Assembly (NCBI RefSeq): GCF_009914755.1
Contig: NC_060925.1
DNA: 64,000 nt
Strand: one strand, 5' to 3'
Origin: the human T2T-CHM13v2.0 reference genome, Homo sapiens
In this document: positions 27,530 through 47,435 of the stretch, piece after piece
Numbering within the stretch: position 1 is the stretch's first letter
How the letters are laid out: every line of letters begins with the position of its first letter
The notes under the pieces: model-generated
What the model saw: the letters and a program-made list of their open reading frames with translations, nothing else
What the model was told of the DNA's origin: nothing
The model's database searches: none
Translations under genes and position numbers: made by a program

Positions 27530-28560
27530 GCTCAATACGGTAGATCACGCTCCCGGGGTCAAGGAGACGTTTTCCGTTTTCTTTTCCCTCGCTTAGGCGG
27601 CGGGCGCGCACAGTCCAGTGGGAGCGATGAGGTGTTTCTAGGCCCCCAAGTCACAGAAAAGCAGGCGATTGGGAACAACGGAGGCGCGGCGGGCCCCCGG
27701 GCCGCGGGCCAGCGCCACCTTCTGGTGGATCTTCCCCGACGCGAGTCTGGGAGTCGTCCCTCCCCTTGCCAGCCTACCTGGCTCAGGCCCGCCGCGCCCG
27801 CAGCCCCAGCGCGGTCGCCGTGGCAACGCCCCGCCCAGCCGCCAGCCTCCCTTTGCCCCTCCCCACGTCCGGCGCGGCTGCGCGGGACGGGGTGGGACGG
27901 AGGCGGGGAGAGGACGCAGGCGAGAGGAACTCGGCGGCGCGGCGCCCGCGGCCTATTGGCTGCCACGTCCCGGCGCCAGAAGCCCCGCCTCCCTGACGGG
28001 GGTCACGTGATCCCTTTCAAAGATGGCCGCCCTGTTGTTTTGATGAATAATACTTGGTGGGGCGAGGGGGAAAGAGTAGGGGTGGAGGGGTAGGAGGATT
28101 TACTCTTCCAGCGAGAGCTACGCGCATCCCATCCTCCCCCTCCCCCCTACCCGGGCTCCGGCGTGGAGGCGGGGCGTGGCCGGCCTGCTTTGGGAGGGGA
28201 GGGGCTTCCCTTACAGTGCTGGGCTCTGCCAGGACGGCTGTGGGGTCGCCTTACCTCGGGGTATCCACTCTGCAGTCGACCAGTTCCCGCCAGGAGCAAA
28301 GGGTAGGAAGGAGAGCAGGATCTGCTGTAGGAACGCAGCTACCGCGCCACTATCACGAAGAAACAGCAGGCTCGGGGCACGAGACGAACTGGAGACCGCG
28401 CTGCCTAGCTGGGTAACCTGGGAAGCAGAGGGTAATAAGTGGCGCCTTAAGACAACCCTGTAGCAGCAGCAGTGGCGGCCAAAGGAGGCTGCTCAGGGAA
28501 CAAGCGGCTGTAGTAGTCTGTGGGGCGACTGGAGTGACCGAAGCCAAGGCAGTTTAGTGC
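27530..28560. promoter_or_regulatory. UBE4B: CpG island / UBE4B promoter and 5' leader
   Basis: Dense CpG and GC; X-box at 27814-27827, reverse CCAAT at 27955-27959, GC box at 27982-27993, E-box CACGTG at 28004-28009, YY1-like AAGATGGCCGCC at 28020-28031. TSS not determinable from sequence (probably ~28010). Confidence 0.92.
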
Positions 28561-28724
28561 CTCTCGTGTTCTTATTTTTTAACCTCTGACTATGCAATTC
28601 TGAAACCTCCCCCATTCGGGGGACCAGACAGCCTGATAGACACCTTCCACTCTCCTTCCTCCCGCCGTGGTCTCGAGAACAGAAGGATCTCTCCTTAACG
28701 CCTTTCACCATTAAGAGGAAAGCG

Positions 28725-28748
28725 ATGGAGGAGCTGAGCGCTGATGAG
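28725..28748 (+). CDS. UBE4B: Ubiquitination factor E4B (UFD2 homolog), first coding exon
   Basis: gcgATGG Kozak context; MEELSADE equals the UBE4B N-terminus; donor GAG|gtgagg. Exon 2 not found in the window, so intron 1 runs from 28749 past 64000. Confidence 0.93.
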
Positions 28749-30044
28749 GTGAGGAGGTTGGGGGACACCTTGAGGGATTAGTTGGCAACTCGTTAGCGCT
28801 TTGGACAGGGATGGTATTGCGCCAGTGCTGTCTGGCCTTTGGGCTTGGAGAAGGAACGGAGATGATATTTTCCAAGAATAACGTGACTCCCCGATAGGGT
28901 CTCTGGTTTTGTTCTCCTTTATTCTGTTGCCTTCTTTCTTCATTCTGAACTCCATTTGCTTCTTTCCGAGTGTTCTTTTAGGGTATGAACAAGAGGAGAG
29001 AGCATCTTGAGGTGTTTATTCTTTTCTTCAGGGTATGCGAACAAGAAGGGCGAGATTTACATGAAGTTAAAGTGTGTGTGTGTCTGTGTCTTCAGGAATT
29101 TAAAGAACAATTTTGGATGGAATGAGAATGTATGGTGGGTGAATATTTTTAAAGAAAGCATTTGAAATTCCAGATATGTGTGGTTATTGCACTGTATAAG
29201 CTTGATTAAACATATATTTTTGCTTGAGGGGTGGTTTACAGACAGATTCTTTGATATTTAACAAAATATGTATCTTCTCCACAGTTTAGAGAATTCCAGT
29301 TATATTCTGGTACTTAATAGACCACTAATGACTTCTGGCATTCTTCTGTTACATTCTATCTTTTCCTACTTCTTGAATCTTTCAAACTTGTGTTTTGCTG
29401 TAGCAGAGACTGAACGGGAAGCAAGTGGAAGCAAATGACTTTCTAAACTCTCTCCTGTTCTCATTTCTTAAAGGAGTTATACAGATCTACTTCTTGATGT
29501 TTTAAAGATTGTTTAATAAATTAGGTTGTTGTAAAAAAAAAAACAACCAAAAAGCAGTGGCAATTAGGGTACAAGGAATTTCCTATGATTCTACTGCCTT
29601 TTCTCTTCCTTTTTGCAAATTAGGAGCTTCCCTTTCAGGACCCCTACTGGCCATACCCTCTTTAGCCTACCTCCACATTTCTTCACTGGTTCATCATGTA
29701 AACTTCCCTACAGTATTAGGAAAGCAGTCATCCATCAAGTTGATTGTACTACAAGACTTCCATGCTCCAGTTTTAGCTACAGAGTACTTAGTGTGTTTAC
29801 TTAGGGACTGAAATTCTCCTGGGATAGGACACGCAGTGGTGTGTTAAGGGTCAGGTAGGAAAGGAAGCAAATGATTTTGTTGATTGTGATACTTGGATAC
29901 TTGGTTTGGAAAATCAGGACTGCCCATTCGGCGTTACTTTGTTTTTTTCGAATACAGCAGAAATGTAATCTTAAGTGAAGAGAATATTACACAGTTTCTT
30001 TCATTCGGTAGGAAATCTCCTTAGAATCGCTTTATTTTATGTGG

Positions 30045-31099
<1,055 letters not shown>

Positions 31100-32022
31100 A
31101 GGTAGTTTTTTAGTAGTCCTTTACTCCTATAAATTACTTTTTTTTTTTTTTTTTGATGATCTGTTAATAGTCCTTGGTTTAGAGGCTTTTGCATACTTGA
31201 GTTTTCACCAAAAAATTCTTTTCAAACCAGTGAGGCATTACAGACCAGTGAAGATATTGTATAATCTAAAATGTGTCTCTTCACTTTCATCAGTCCTTGA
31301 GGAAGGTGTAACTTTTTTTTGTGACCATATGAGGAACACATGTAACCTTTGTGGAAGAAATAGAATAAACTTTTTTCAAGGTCAACAGAATATTAAAATA
31401 AATGAAAAAAATTAAATTCACTAATACAGGATCAATGTAAAATTATCTTCAACAAATTAGTTGTCCAGAACACAAAGGGCTGGTTCAATAACTGTTAATT
31501 TTACTCTCAGCAGAACCTAGAACAAATAATATTCGTTTGTTTTTAATTTAAAAAATCTTTTTTTTTTTTGTAGAGACGGGGGTCTTGCCATGTTTCCCAG
31601 GATGGTCTCAAACTCCTGACCTCAAGCGATCCTCCCACTTCAGCCTCCCAAAGTGGGAGCCAGACAAATAGTTATTTTGGGAAAAATATCTTTGAAGTTT
31701 TTCTTTTTAATTCAATTAAAAATTTTTGAGGTTAGGTAAGCAGTTCTCATGAGACATTTCCAAAGCTTTTGCCTTTGTATTGTTACTCTGTAGTTGAAAA
31801 CTTGTGTCAGATATGGTAGGTGACATTGATTTGATTACAAAATAATACACTTATATTATTGAAACTTCAAGCTTATATTTCAGGGTTAAAACAGGCAAGG
31901 CGGTGATCTTTTAATCTAATTTAGGAAATTAGGTAAGGCAGAGTTTCATATTTTAACAAAATGAAAATGTATGATTATACAGTCCGTGAAAAAGGCTGGT
32001 ATAACCAGACTGGTAGCTTTAG

Positions 32023-32379
<357 letters not shown>

Positions 32380-32677
32380 TAGTCTTGTGCTTTTAAGTAG
32401 AGTACTTTAACTTCACTGTTGTTTGTTATTTATATAGTGTATTACAGTGAGTTCATTGCCCTATAGTTCACTGCCTATAGGTTCATTGCAGAACCATGAC
32501 TAAGTTCATTCTCTTCAGGAACCTACATTCCAAGGCATCATTATTTACATTATATTAATTCTATAATCTACTCATGTGTTGTTTTTCGTATCTCAAGGTG
32601 GTGCTGTGAGTAGGTGGTGTGTTTATTTTTGAGATAGGGTCTGGCTCTATCGCCCAGTCTGGAATGCAATGGCATGA

Positions 32678-32956
<279 letters not shown>

Positions 32957-33228
32957 TAAGTGATTTTTCTCTCCTAACTCTTCTTTATGACCTAGTTCAT
33001 CTGCAAGATGGTTGGCTGGGATTCCGGGTGTGGTCAAGATTTTAGAAAGTGTTGGCCGGGCGCAGTGGCCCACGCCTGTAATCCCAGCGCTTTGGGAGGC
33101 CGAGGTGGGTGGATCACCTGAGTTCGGGAGTTCAAGACCAGCCTGTCCAACATGGAGAAACCCCATCTCTACTAAAAATACAAAATTAGCTGGGCGTGGT
33201 GGCACATGCCTGTGATCCGAGGTACTCA

Positions 33229-33333
<105 letters not shown>

Positions 33334-34539
33334 TCAAAAAAAAAAAAAAAAGATTTAGAAAGTGTTTTAAGTATTCCTTTCCAAATGCAGAATATGTGAC
33401 CTTGGACTTTTTAGCAAGGTTCTGTAAGTGGAAGAAAATTGACATTAAACAACAGCCTTAGGAGCCTCTTCTGTGCCAGGCACTTGATAGCTGTTTCTCA
33501 TTAGAGAAAACATTATAATCAAGCAGGTACTGTTTTCCTAATTTTACAAGTCAGGAAACTGGGATTCAGGTTAAGTAACTTGTCCATAGCGACCTGGCTT
33601 AGAAGTGATGGGGTTGGAATTCAAACCCAGTGCTCTGGACTCGAAAGTCCTCTTTATTCTACTGCTCAACAACTGACATAAATTCACCACAGCTTTTGTA
33701 TCAACATCCTACGTAACACTGACCCACTCTGTTTTGATATACATAGTTTTTCTGTAGAAGTGCTGTTTTGCATGAATGCATTCATGATGTGATCAGGGCT
33801 TTTGGTACTGGTCCTCCCACTCCCAATTTTTTTTTTAAATGCCTGTCGCGTTAAAAATTTGGGAGTTGGGGCCGGGCGCGGTGGCTCACGCCTGTAATCC
33901 CAGCACTTCGGGAGGTCGAGGCAGGCGGATCACGTGAAACCCCGTCTCTACTAAAAATACAAAAATTTGCTGGGTGTGATGGTACGCACCTGTAATCCCA
34001 GCTACTCAGGAGGCTGAAGTAGGAGAATTGCTTAAACTCAGGAGACAGAGGTTGCAGTGAGCCGAGATTGCGCCACTGTACTCTAGCCTGGGAGGCAGAG
34101 CAAGACTCCATCAAAAAAACAAACAAACAAAAAAACACACACACAGAAAAACAAACAAAAAAGCAATTATAATTAAATTTGAGTAGAGGAGATAGATAGG
34201 AATCCAACAGTTATAGAATAGTGCCAGGTGCTATGGTGGAGGTATGCACAACTCACTTAAGAAACATGAGAAGGGACCCCGGGAGAGGCAGGGTCTTAGT
34301 GAAGACTTTCAAGAAAAAGTGATACTTAACGCTGAGTAGCAGTTGCCCTGGGAACTGGCTCGAAATTGGGGAGCTCAAGAAACAGCAGCAAGTAGTGTGA
34401 CTGGAGAGGTGGGTTTTACCTCGGGTGTGTGGCAGGTACCTGATCTTGGAGGGCTGTCAGAAACGTTTAGGAGTTTGAACTTTCTTTTTGTTGTTGTTTT
34501 TTGGGACAGAATCTCTCTCTGTTGCCCAGGCTGGAGTGA

Positions 34540-34698
<159 letters not shown>

Positions 34699-35339
34699 TG
34701 ACTAGGCTGGTTTCAAACTCCTGACCTCAAGTGGCCCACCTGCCTCTGCCTGCCAAAGTGCTGGGATTACAGGCGTGAGCCACTGCACGTGGCTGAGTTT
34801 GAACTTTCTCTGTAAAATGCCTTTTAGGGATTTTAAGAGATTAGAAAGATGGGTGGCAAGGGAGTAAAGGGTAGTTTGGGAGAAGGTGGCTGCAGACTGC
34901 AAGACATATTAGGAGGCTGTTGTTGCTGTATAGGAGCGAGGCAGTGGAGTCCAAGGGAACTAAGGCATTGCCTGTGGGAATGGAGGGGAGCAGACAGACA
35001 CCAAAAATACCAAGGACTGTGATTAACCCAGTTTTGATGATCAGTTAGCTGTGAAGGAGGGGAGGGGAGGAGAGATGGAGAAATGACACCTTGGTTTCTA
35101 GCTATGGAGAAGGATAGATAAGGGTTGAATAAGGAATTCCAGAGAAGCAGCAGATTTTGGAGAAAGCACATGTTTCTTTTTTTTTTTTTCGTCTTTTGAG
35201 ACAGGGTCTCCCTCTGTCGCCCAGGCTGGAGTGCAGTGGCGCAACCTCAGCTCACTGCAACCTCTGCCCCCTGGGTTCAAGTGATTCTCCTGCCTCAGCC
35301 TTCCAAGTAGCTGCCAGCCATGCCCAGCTAATTTTTTAA

Positions 35340-36026
<687 letters not shown>

Positions 36027-36359
36027 TGAGGTCCCTTTTTTCCTCAGAAGATAGTTGCTACCATTCACTTTATAACCAGGACTCTTTCTTAAGCCTGGGA
36101 GGACAGTGGGATGTATCCTGCCAGGCCCTTTCCTCTCCTTTTGTTCATTGTAGACAAGAGACAGAGAATGATAATAAGGATATAAACTTGCTTCACAAGG
36201 TTGGCATCCTTATCCCCTGTTTTACAGATAAGAAAATGGAGGCTAATAGAAATTAATTTATTGAAAGGCACACAACTAGTAAGTGGTAGAACCTGGACTC
36301 TAATCCAGGTTCTGACTCCAGAGTTTTCTATCGCTTTACTACCTCTAAAACAAGACTAA

Positions 36360-36985
<626 letters not shown>

Positions 36986-38046
36986 TGATCCACCCACCTC
37001 AGCCTCCCAAAGTTGTGGGATTACAGGCATGATGCTGGAGTGCAGTGGTGCTATCTTGGCTCACTACAACCTCTGACTCCTGAATTCAAGCGATTCTCCT
37101 GGGTCAGCCCCTCGAGTATCTGGGATTACAGGCGCCCGCCGCCAGGCCCAGCCCTCCAGTGGACTTTCATTCCCGTTTGTTATTGCTGAGAGTGGAGCTC
37201 ATCAAGTAGCCCCAAGCTCTTGTAGGGAAAGAAGGCAGAAAGACTTCTCTGTGCAAAGTGCATTTTCTCACACGGCACTTGTAGTATCTAGTGGAAATGT
37301 CTTCCTGTAAACGGTTCATTCAACAGCGCTTACAGTTGACTAGCTGCATCCCTGATAACAGACAAACGTTGCTGTATGGAGCTTCGTCCTAGTGGGAGGA
37401 GAGGGATAAAAAACAAGCATGGCCGGGCGTGGTGGCTCACGCCTGTAATCCCAGCACTTTGGGATGCTGAGGCGGGTGGATCACGAGGTCAGGAGTTCGA
37501 GACCAGCCTGACCAACATGGTGAAACCCTGTCTCTACTAAAAATACAAAAATTAGCCGGGCGTGGTGGTGCACGCCTGTAATCCTAGCAACTCAGGAGGC
37601 TGAGGCAGGAGAATAGCTTGAACCCGGGAGGCAGGGGTTACAGTGAGCTGAGATTGCACCACTGCACTCTAGCCTGGGCGACAGAGTGAGACTGTGTCTC
37701 AAAAGCAAAGAAACAAACAAACAAACATGTTCACATAAGGTGTCATTTGATGAGAAGTGCTGTGAAGAGAAATACTTAGGGATGGAGTATTGTTACAGAG
37801 TATTTCTGTGGCCTACAGGTACAGAGAACAATCAGATATGTGTAACGTGTGCACTTTGAGGAGGTGGTCTTGAAAAGAATTTCAGGGATGGCTGGGAGCT
37901 TGCTCGGGGAAGAATGTTCCCAGGTAAAGGGAACAGCAGGTTCAGAAGGCCTTGAGGTAAACTCATTCTTGAGCTGTTCCAGGAATAGCAAGGATGCCAA
38001 GCATGGTTAGAGCCTTCTGTGCAAGGGGCACAGTGGCAGGAGGTAA

Positions 38047-40618
<2,572 letters not shown>

Positions 40619-42472
40619 TCTATGTCCAGCATTGTTCTAGACCATGAGGGTACACCTGTGGACAAAACAGAAATCTCTGCCCTCCTGGGCATTCTGGCTG
40701 CTGTGAAGAGAATAGATAAGGAGGAAAGAGCAAAAGCAGAGAGAAAGGCGGCCATCGAAGGAGTCCCAGGGAGAGATGATGTGGGGGCCACCAACTGGGG
40801 TTAGTGGTTGAGAGGGGGAGAAAGGGTCAAACACTAGATGGTCAGATACATTTTGTGGGTAGAGCCAATAGGATTGGGTAGTGAGTTGCATGTGGAGTAT
40901 GAAAGAGTGGAGTCCAAGGTGCAGGGATGAGTTAGGTTATCATCGAGTTGATTGTTGTAACAGAGAGACATGAAGTGGCAGCTGCTTAAGCCAGATAGAT
41001 GTTTATTTCTCTCTAAATAGAAGTCTGGGTAGGAGGCCGGGGCTGGTATGGCAGCTCTGCGCTCATTAGGAGCCCAGGTGCCTTCTGTCTTGTACCTACT
41101 TTCCTACCATATGGCTTCCATCTTTTGGCCCTTGTATGTCTGCATTCTGGCCAGAGAGGGGAGGGGAGGTCATGTGCCTCTTCATGGCACAGCTTGAAAG
41201 TTGCACAGATCACTCCTGTTTACCTCTCACTGGCTGGAACCCAAGTCACATGGCCACAGCTACTTGCTGGGAAGGCTGAGAAATAGTTTTTCTTGGGCAG
41301 CCATGTGTTCAGCTATACGTTCTCTCACATCAGAAAGGGAGAGCAGTCTATGCCTTTCTTTCCAAACCCTTCTCCCGAGGGAGACAACCCCGGATCAACT
41401 TCAGAGTCCAGAATCCCTGGGTGATGTACATTCCAGGAATCTTTAGTTTAAAACAAAGTTATCAGGGGCTCTGCTGTCCCCCATACAGTGGTGGAGAGGT
41501 TAGGATAATGGAAGTAGAAAGTCCTGTTTGGAAAAGGGAAGAATGGGGAGTAATACTCTGCGCTGGTCCATAGCCATTGTCAGCTCCTGCCAGGCTGAGC
41601 TGTGAGCGCTTCCTCCCCTGGCAGTACTGTGAGGTTCTGACCTCGCCTTTCTGGCAACCTTGATTCTGGTCTCTTGAAGGAGCTCCCTTGTGCCTGGCCC
41701 TCTGTAGCCTCTGACTTTATTTTCTGGAGAGTTTTTCTGTGTTTCTTTTCCTCTGGGGTCAGATCTGAAGTGGACATTGGAGGCTATCCTTTTTGTAGGG
41801 CTAAACAGTTTCTCCAGCTTGCTTCTTGTGGATATTGAAGGAGTAGGCTTTTTCAACCCTACTTAGCCCCAAATTACCAGACTCTGAAAACTTTGATTGT
41901 AGACCGCGGACATTCCTCAGGCAGACTGTATTCCCTTTCATCTTTGCATGCGAATTGGCAAGCTTTGGCTTGAGTCTGCTTCATGTTTGCAGGACTTCTT
42001 AGCCAGTAAGCACCAAATTTTGTATTGTTCGACCAGTTCCCCTAGAATTACAGGCCATGTTGGCATGCAGGCTGTTTTCTAAGATATCACGGGTTTTGCC
42101 AAATGTTTTATTGTGATCTCTGAGGGTTGCCATTCTTCCATCCTACAGTATCTGTGCCCATGCTGACCCCTAAGCCAATGCTGCATATTTGTATTGTTAA
42201 GGTTGATTACTTCCAGCTTCCAGATTCTGTGTATTAGTTAGGATATTGATTTGACTGCTGTGGCAGAGGTCGGAAATAATAATGGCTTGAACAAGATGTT
42301 GATTTTTTTCTATTTCAAGTGAAAATCTGGGTAGGTGGCTGAGAGCTGGCTTAGTAACTCCATGCCTGCTAGGGGGCCAGACTCATGCTGTTTTGTGCAC
42401 TGTCATCCTCTAGCTTATAGGCCAGGAGGGCTGCTCCAGCTTCTTTGAGGAAATCTGCATCCCAGTCCTTAG

Positions 42473-42751
<279 letters not shown>

Positions 42752-43113
42752 TAGCTAGGATGGTCTCGATCTCCTGACCTCATGACCCACCCGCCTCGGC
42801 CTCCCAGAGTGCTGGGATTACAGGCTTGAGCCACCGCCCTTGGCCCATATGTCATTACTTACATCTCCTTGGCTAGAGCTTAGTCTCCTGGCCACACTCA
42901 AATGCAAACATGGTTGAATGCATTTTATTTATTTTACTTTTTTAGAGACAAGGTATTTTTTGTCACCCAGGCTAGAGTACAGTGCAGCCTCTAACTCCTG
43001 GGTTCAAGTGATCCTTCTGCCTTAGTCTCCTGAGTAACTGGGAGGTGTGTGCCACTGTGCCCAGCTAATTTTTAAATTTTTATTAGAGACGAGGGTCTCC
43101 CTGTGTTGCCTAG

Positions 43114-43224
<111 letters not shown>

Positions 43225-43244
43225 TAGCTTTTCTACCACAGGGA

Positions 43245-43830
43245 TACCAGGAATTTTGGCTTAAGCAGCTCAAAAAATGGAATTGTCATTTACTGAGATG
43301 GGGAAAATTGAAAGAGAAGATTGGGAGGGAGACGTTATCATCTGGTTTGAACATATTATGAATATGCTGCCTGTTCTTTGTCCATATGGAGATGTGAAAT
43401 AGGTTGTATAGGAGTTTGCAGTTCTTGGGGGAGGTTGGGGTTAGGGATACTAATCTGGAAGTTGTCATTGTATTTAAAATCATGAGAATGGACAGATTTT
43501 ACCTAGAGAGTGAGCATAAATGCGGAAGACAAGAGGACTGAGCCTCCATCCATTCCAGCAATTAAAGGTTGGGAGATCAGGAGGACTCAGAAAAGGAGAC
43601 TGATAAGGAACAGCCACTGAGGTTGGAGGACAGTCTAGAGAGCATGGAATCTGGTGTCCAGGGGAAGAAAGTATTTCATGATGTGGGGGAATGCTCAACT
43701 GTGTCTAATGTTGATAAAATTAGAGGAGGACCAAGACGTGACTATGGGATTTGGCGACATGGAGGCCCTTGGTTACCTTGACAAGACTGATTTCATTGCT
43801 GACTGGAGCAAGTTCAAGAGAGAATGGGAG
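43245..43830 (-). mobile_element. L2 fragment
   Basis: ggaattgtcatttactgagatggggaaa, ggactgagcc, gatttggcgacatggaggcc blocks typical of L2. Confidence 0.7.
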
Positions 43831-44735
43831 GAGAGGGGAGGGAGCTCAGGAGTGAGGCGTAGGCTCCAGGGGTGCACTGGGAAGCCATCTGTAGTTGGCA
43901 GAAGCCATGGGTTTTAGAGGTGACAGGAAAATGTGGTGAGCTTATCTTTTTCTGTTTTAACTTTTCCCATTCTCTGCTATAATCACTACTTTCTTTATTC
44001 ATTCAACACTCTGTTTCTCTCTCTTTCCCCAAGGGAGGAAGTAAAGAGGTAGAGATATATTTGTATATCATTCCTAGCATGAGGTTTTGGGCCTGAAGAG
44101 TTCCAAATAATAAATTTTGAGACATAATATGGGGAACATTGGATCATATTATAGTTTTTAGAGCTTAAAAAAATAGTTGAGTGGCAAATATTTCAGAGTA
44201 GGAGACTTGAATATTATTTAATTTGTTTGCTTAATTTCAACAAATATTTTTGGGCTTTGTGCCAGGTACTGAGGGCTGACTATGTGGAGATGCTGCTCGA
44301 ATATGACGAAGACCTGGTCTTTACCTTCAGTGACCTCAGGCTGCAGCTGGGGACACAGGAACGCAACCAGCTAGACTTCAAGTGCTAAATAGACATTTCA
44401 GTAAAGGGGGTACGGTTGATGGGGCAGTTAATTCTGATGGGGAATGTAGGGAGGGGACTGGGAAGATTTGAATTAGTCTTTAAAGATGACTAGGATTTTG
44501 ACAATTAGAACACTGTAGCCAGACGCAATGATGCATGCCTGCAATCCCTGCTACTTGGGAGGCCAAGGCAGGAGGATCACTTGAGCCCAGGAGTTTGAGG
44601 GCAGCCTGGGCAATATCATAAGACCTTTTCTCTAAAAAAAAAAAAAATTTTTTTAAATTAGGAAACAATGTTGGCTGGGCATAGTGTCTCATGCCTGTAA
44701 CCCCAGCAATTTGGGAGGCCAAGGTGGGCAGATCA

Positions 44736-44912
<177 letters not shown>

Positions 44913-47118
44913 CTAGTCTGGGCGAGAGAGCAAAAGACCCTGTCTCAAAAAAAAAAAAAAAAAGTTAGAAAAATAAGTCTGTGGTGAAGAGAAATGTTTC
45001 ATTTACTTCTTACTCTGGGCAAATTCTGTTACATTCATTCTTTTGAAATTGATGATAGAAATATGAGAACATTGGAGAAAAACTGAAGATGGCAAATATG
45101 GGATATTGGTAGCTGCTTGCTGATCTGAAAGGCTGGTTTTTTTTGAGACAGAGTCTTGCTCTTGTCACCCAGGCTGGAGTGCAGTGGCGCTCTTGGCTCA
45201 CTGCAACCTCCACTTCTGGGGTTCAAGCAATTCTCCTGCCTCAGCCTCCCGAGTAGCTGGGATTACAGGCATGCACCACCACACTTGGCTAATTTTCGTA
45301 TGTTTAGTAGAGACCAGGTTTTGCCATGTTGGTCAGGCTGGTCTTGAACTCCTGACCTCAGGTGATCCGCCTGCCTTGGCCTCCCAAAGTGTTGGGATTA
45401 CAGGTGTGAGCCAGTGTGCCTGGCCTGATCTGAAAGGTTTTGAGATATATCAGGCATAGCCAAATGTGTGACCCCAAGCTCTCCAAAACCACTAAGGGTC
45501 TGCAGCAGCTGAAGGAGTAGGTGATAGGGAGAAGTTGGAGGAACGGGAAAGGGGTTTCATTAAAATCACTTCTCTCCTAACATTAACCACACTGCATTGA
45601 ATTATTTATTCACTTGGTGTAGCTCCTACTGGGATATGAACTCCTGGCTATTCTTGTTTACTGCTTTTTATCCAAGTTCTGGCACAGGGCTTGGCACAGA
45701 GTGGCTCAGAACAAATACTTGTTCAATGCATGAATGAATGCAGTGATACAACATGTCTTTTCAGGACTCCTATTCTTTTTTTTTTTTTTTTTATAGAGGT
45801 GGAGTTTCACTATGTTGCCATGTTGCCCAGGCTGGTTTCCAACTCCTGGCCTCAAGCCATCTTCCCTCCTCGGCCTCCCAAAGTGTTGAGATTATAGGCG
45901 TGAGCCACCACAACCGGCCTGCCTCCCAATTCTAGTATTGCAATAGTTTATTTGTTTGCTGCATTAAGTTGTGTTAATTAGGTTAAGGTAGGCACTTGAT
46001 GAAAAAAGCCTCATTATCAGAGTTCTAATTCAGAGTCAGACATACTTGCAGGCTTTTTTGGTTGTTTGCTTTTTGTTTTGAGACAGGACTTGCTCTATGG
46101 CCCAGGCTGGAGTGCAGTGGCATTATCATAGCTCACTGCAGCCTCAAACTCCTGGGCTCAGATGATTTTCCCGCCTCAGCCTCCTGAATAGCTGGGACTA
46201 CAGGCATGCCACTGTTCCTGGCTCTTACCTGGATTTTATTTGGAGCAACAAATTGGATGATTCTGGGGAAAGTACTTAATCTTTCTGAGCCTCAGTTTCC
46301 TCACTTATAAAATGGGGGTATGGAATACCATCTCGTAGCACTGTTCTTCAGATTAATTGGAGTGATGTGAAGTGTGCATGGTGTAGTGACCTGGCCGAGT
46401 GGATTCTTGGGACAAGTTAGTTCTCAAAGTAAGATTGAATTGTGTATAATTGGAGTTTTAGTTGGTGTCCATATAACATCTAACAAATCTTTTGCATATA
46501 ATAATGCCAACAGCATAAATAGTGGTATCTTACTAGTTAAGGTAGCAAATAGACCGTGGCTTATGTGAAAGGTTGGGTTGGAATCCTCTCCCCCGACCCA
46601 TTAGTTCCAAAAATCTCTTCTCACCCAGGGGCCATCTTTTGTATTGAGCCACACTGCTACCACTTTTTCTAAAACGTGGAGTGATTGGTGGCCTGAATGT
46701 ACTAAGAGGGTGAAGGTGGAGTGTAGAGCTTTGAAAGGGAAAGAAGAGTGTGCAGAAAGGGGACTCGAGGAGTCCCAGGAGAAATGTTCTGCATATCAGG
46801 ACTAAAGAATACAGCCTGAGGTGACACACTTTACTCCCATCAGATGACTTATTTTTGTCTTCTGAAAGAATTGTACCCCTCCCAGCAGGGGGAGAAAATC
46901 TCTGAATTGGATGTCATTGTATTAACTACTCAACAGCTGCTAAATCTTTGGCATCTTGTCCAGTTCTTTGGCAGCAGTGTCAAGACTGGGAAAAGAGGTA
47001 TCTTTTGGGTCCTAGATTGAGAAGTGACTTTACCTTTCTAATTAAACATGACACATTCAATGCATATTGCTTCTTTGTTCCCTGTCAGTGCTTGGTATAA
47101 ATTCTAGATGTCTAATAG

Positions 47119-47435
<317 letters not shown>

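Noticed and set aside
27452-28463. 213-aa and other ORFs over the CpG island
   Set aside because: Stop-poor GC-rich sequence with mostly non-ATG starts; only the short uORFs are retained as findings.
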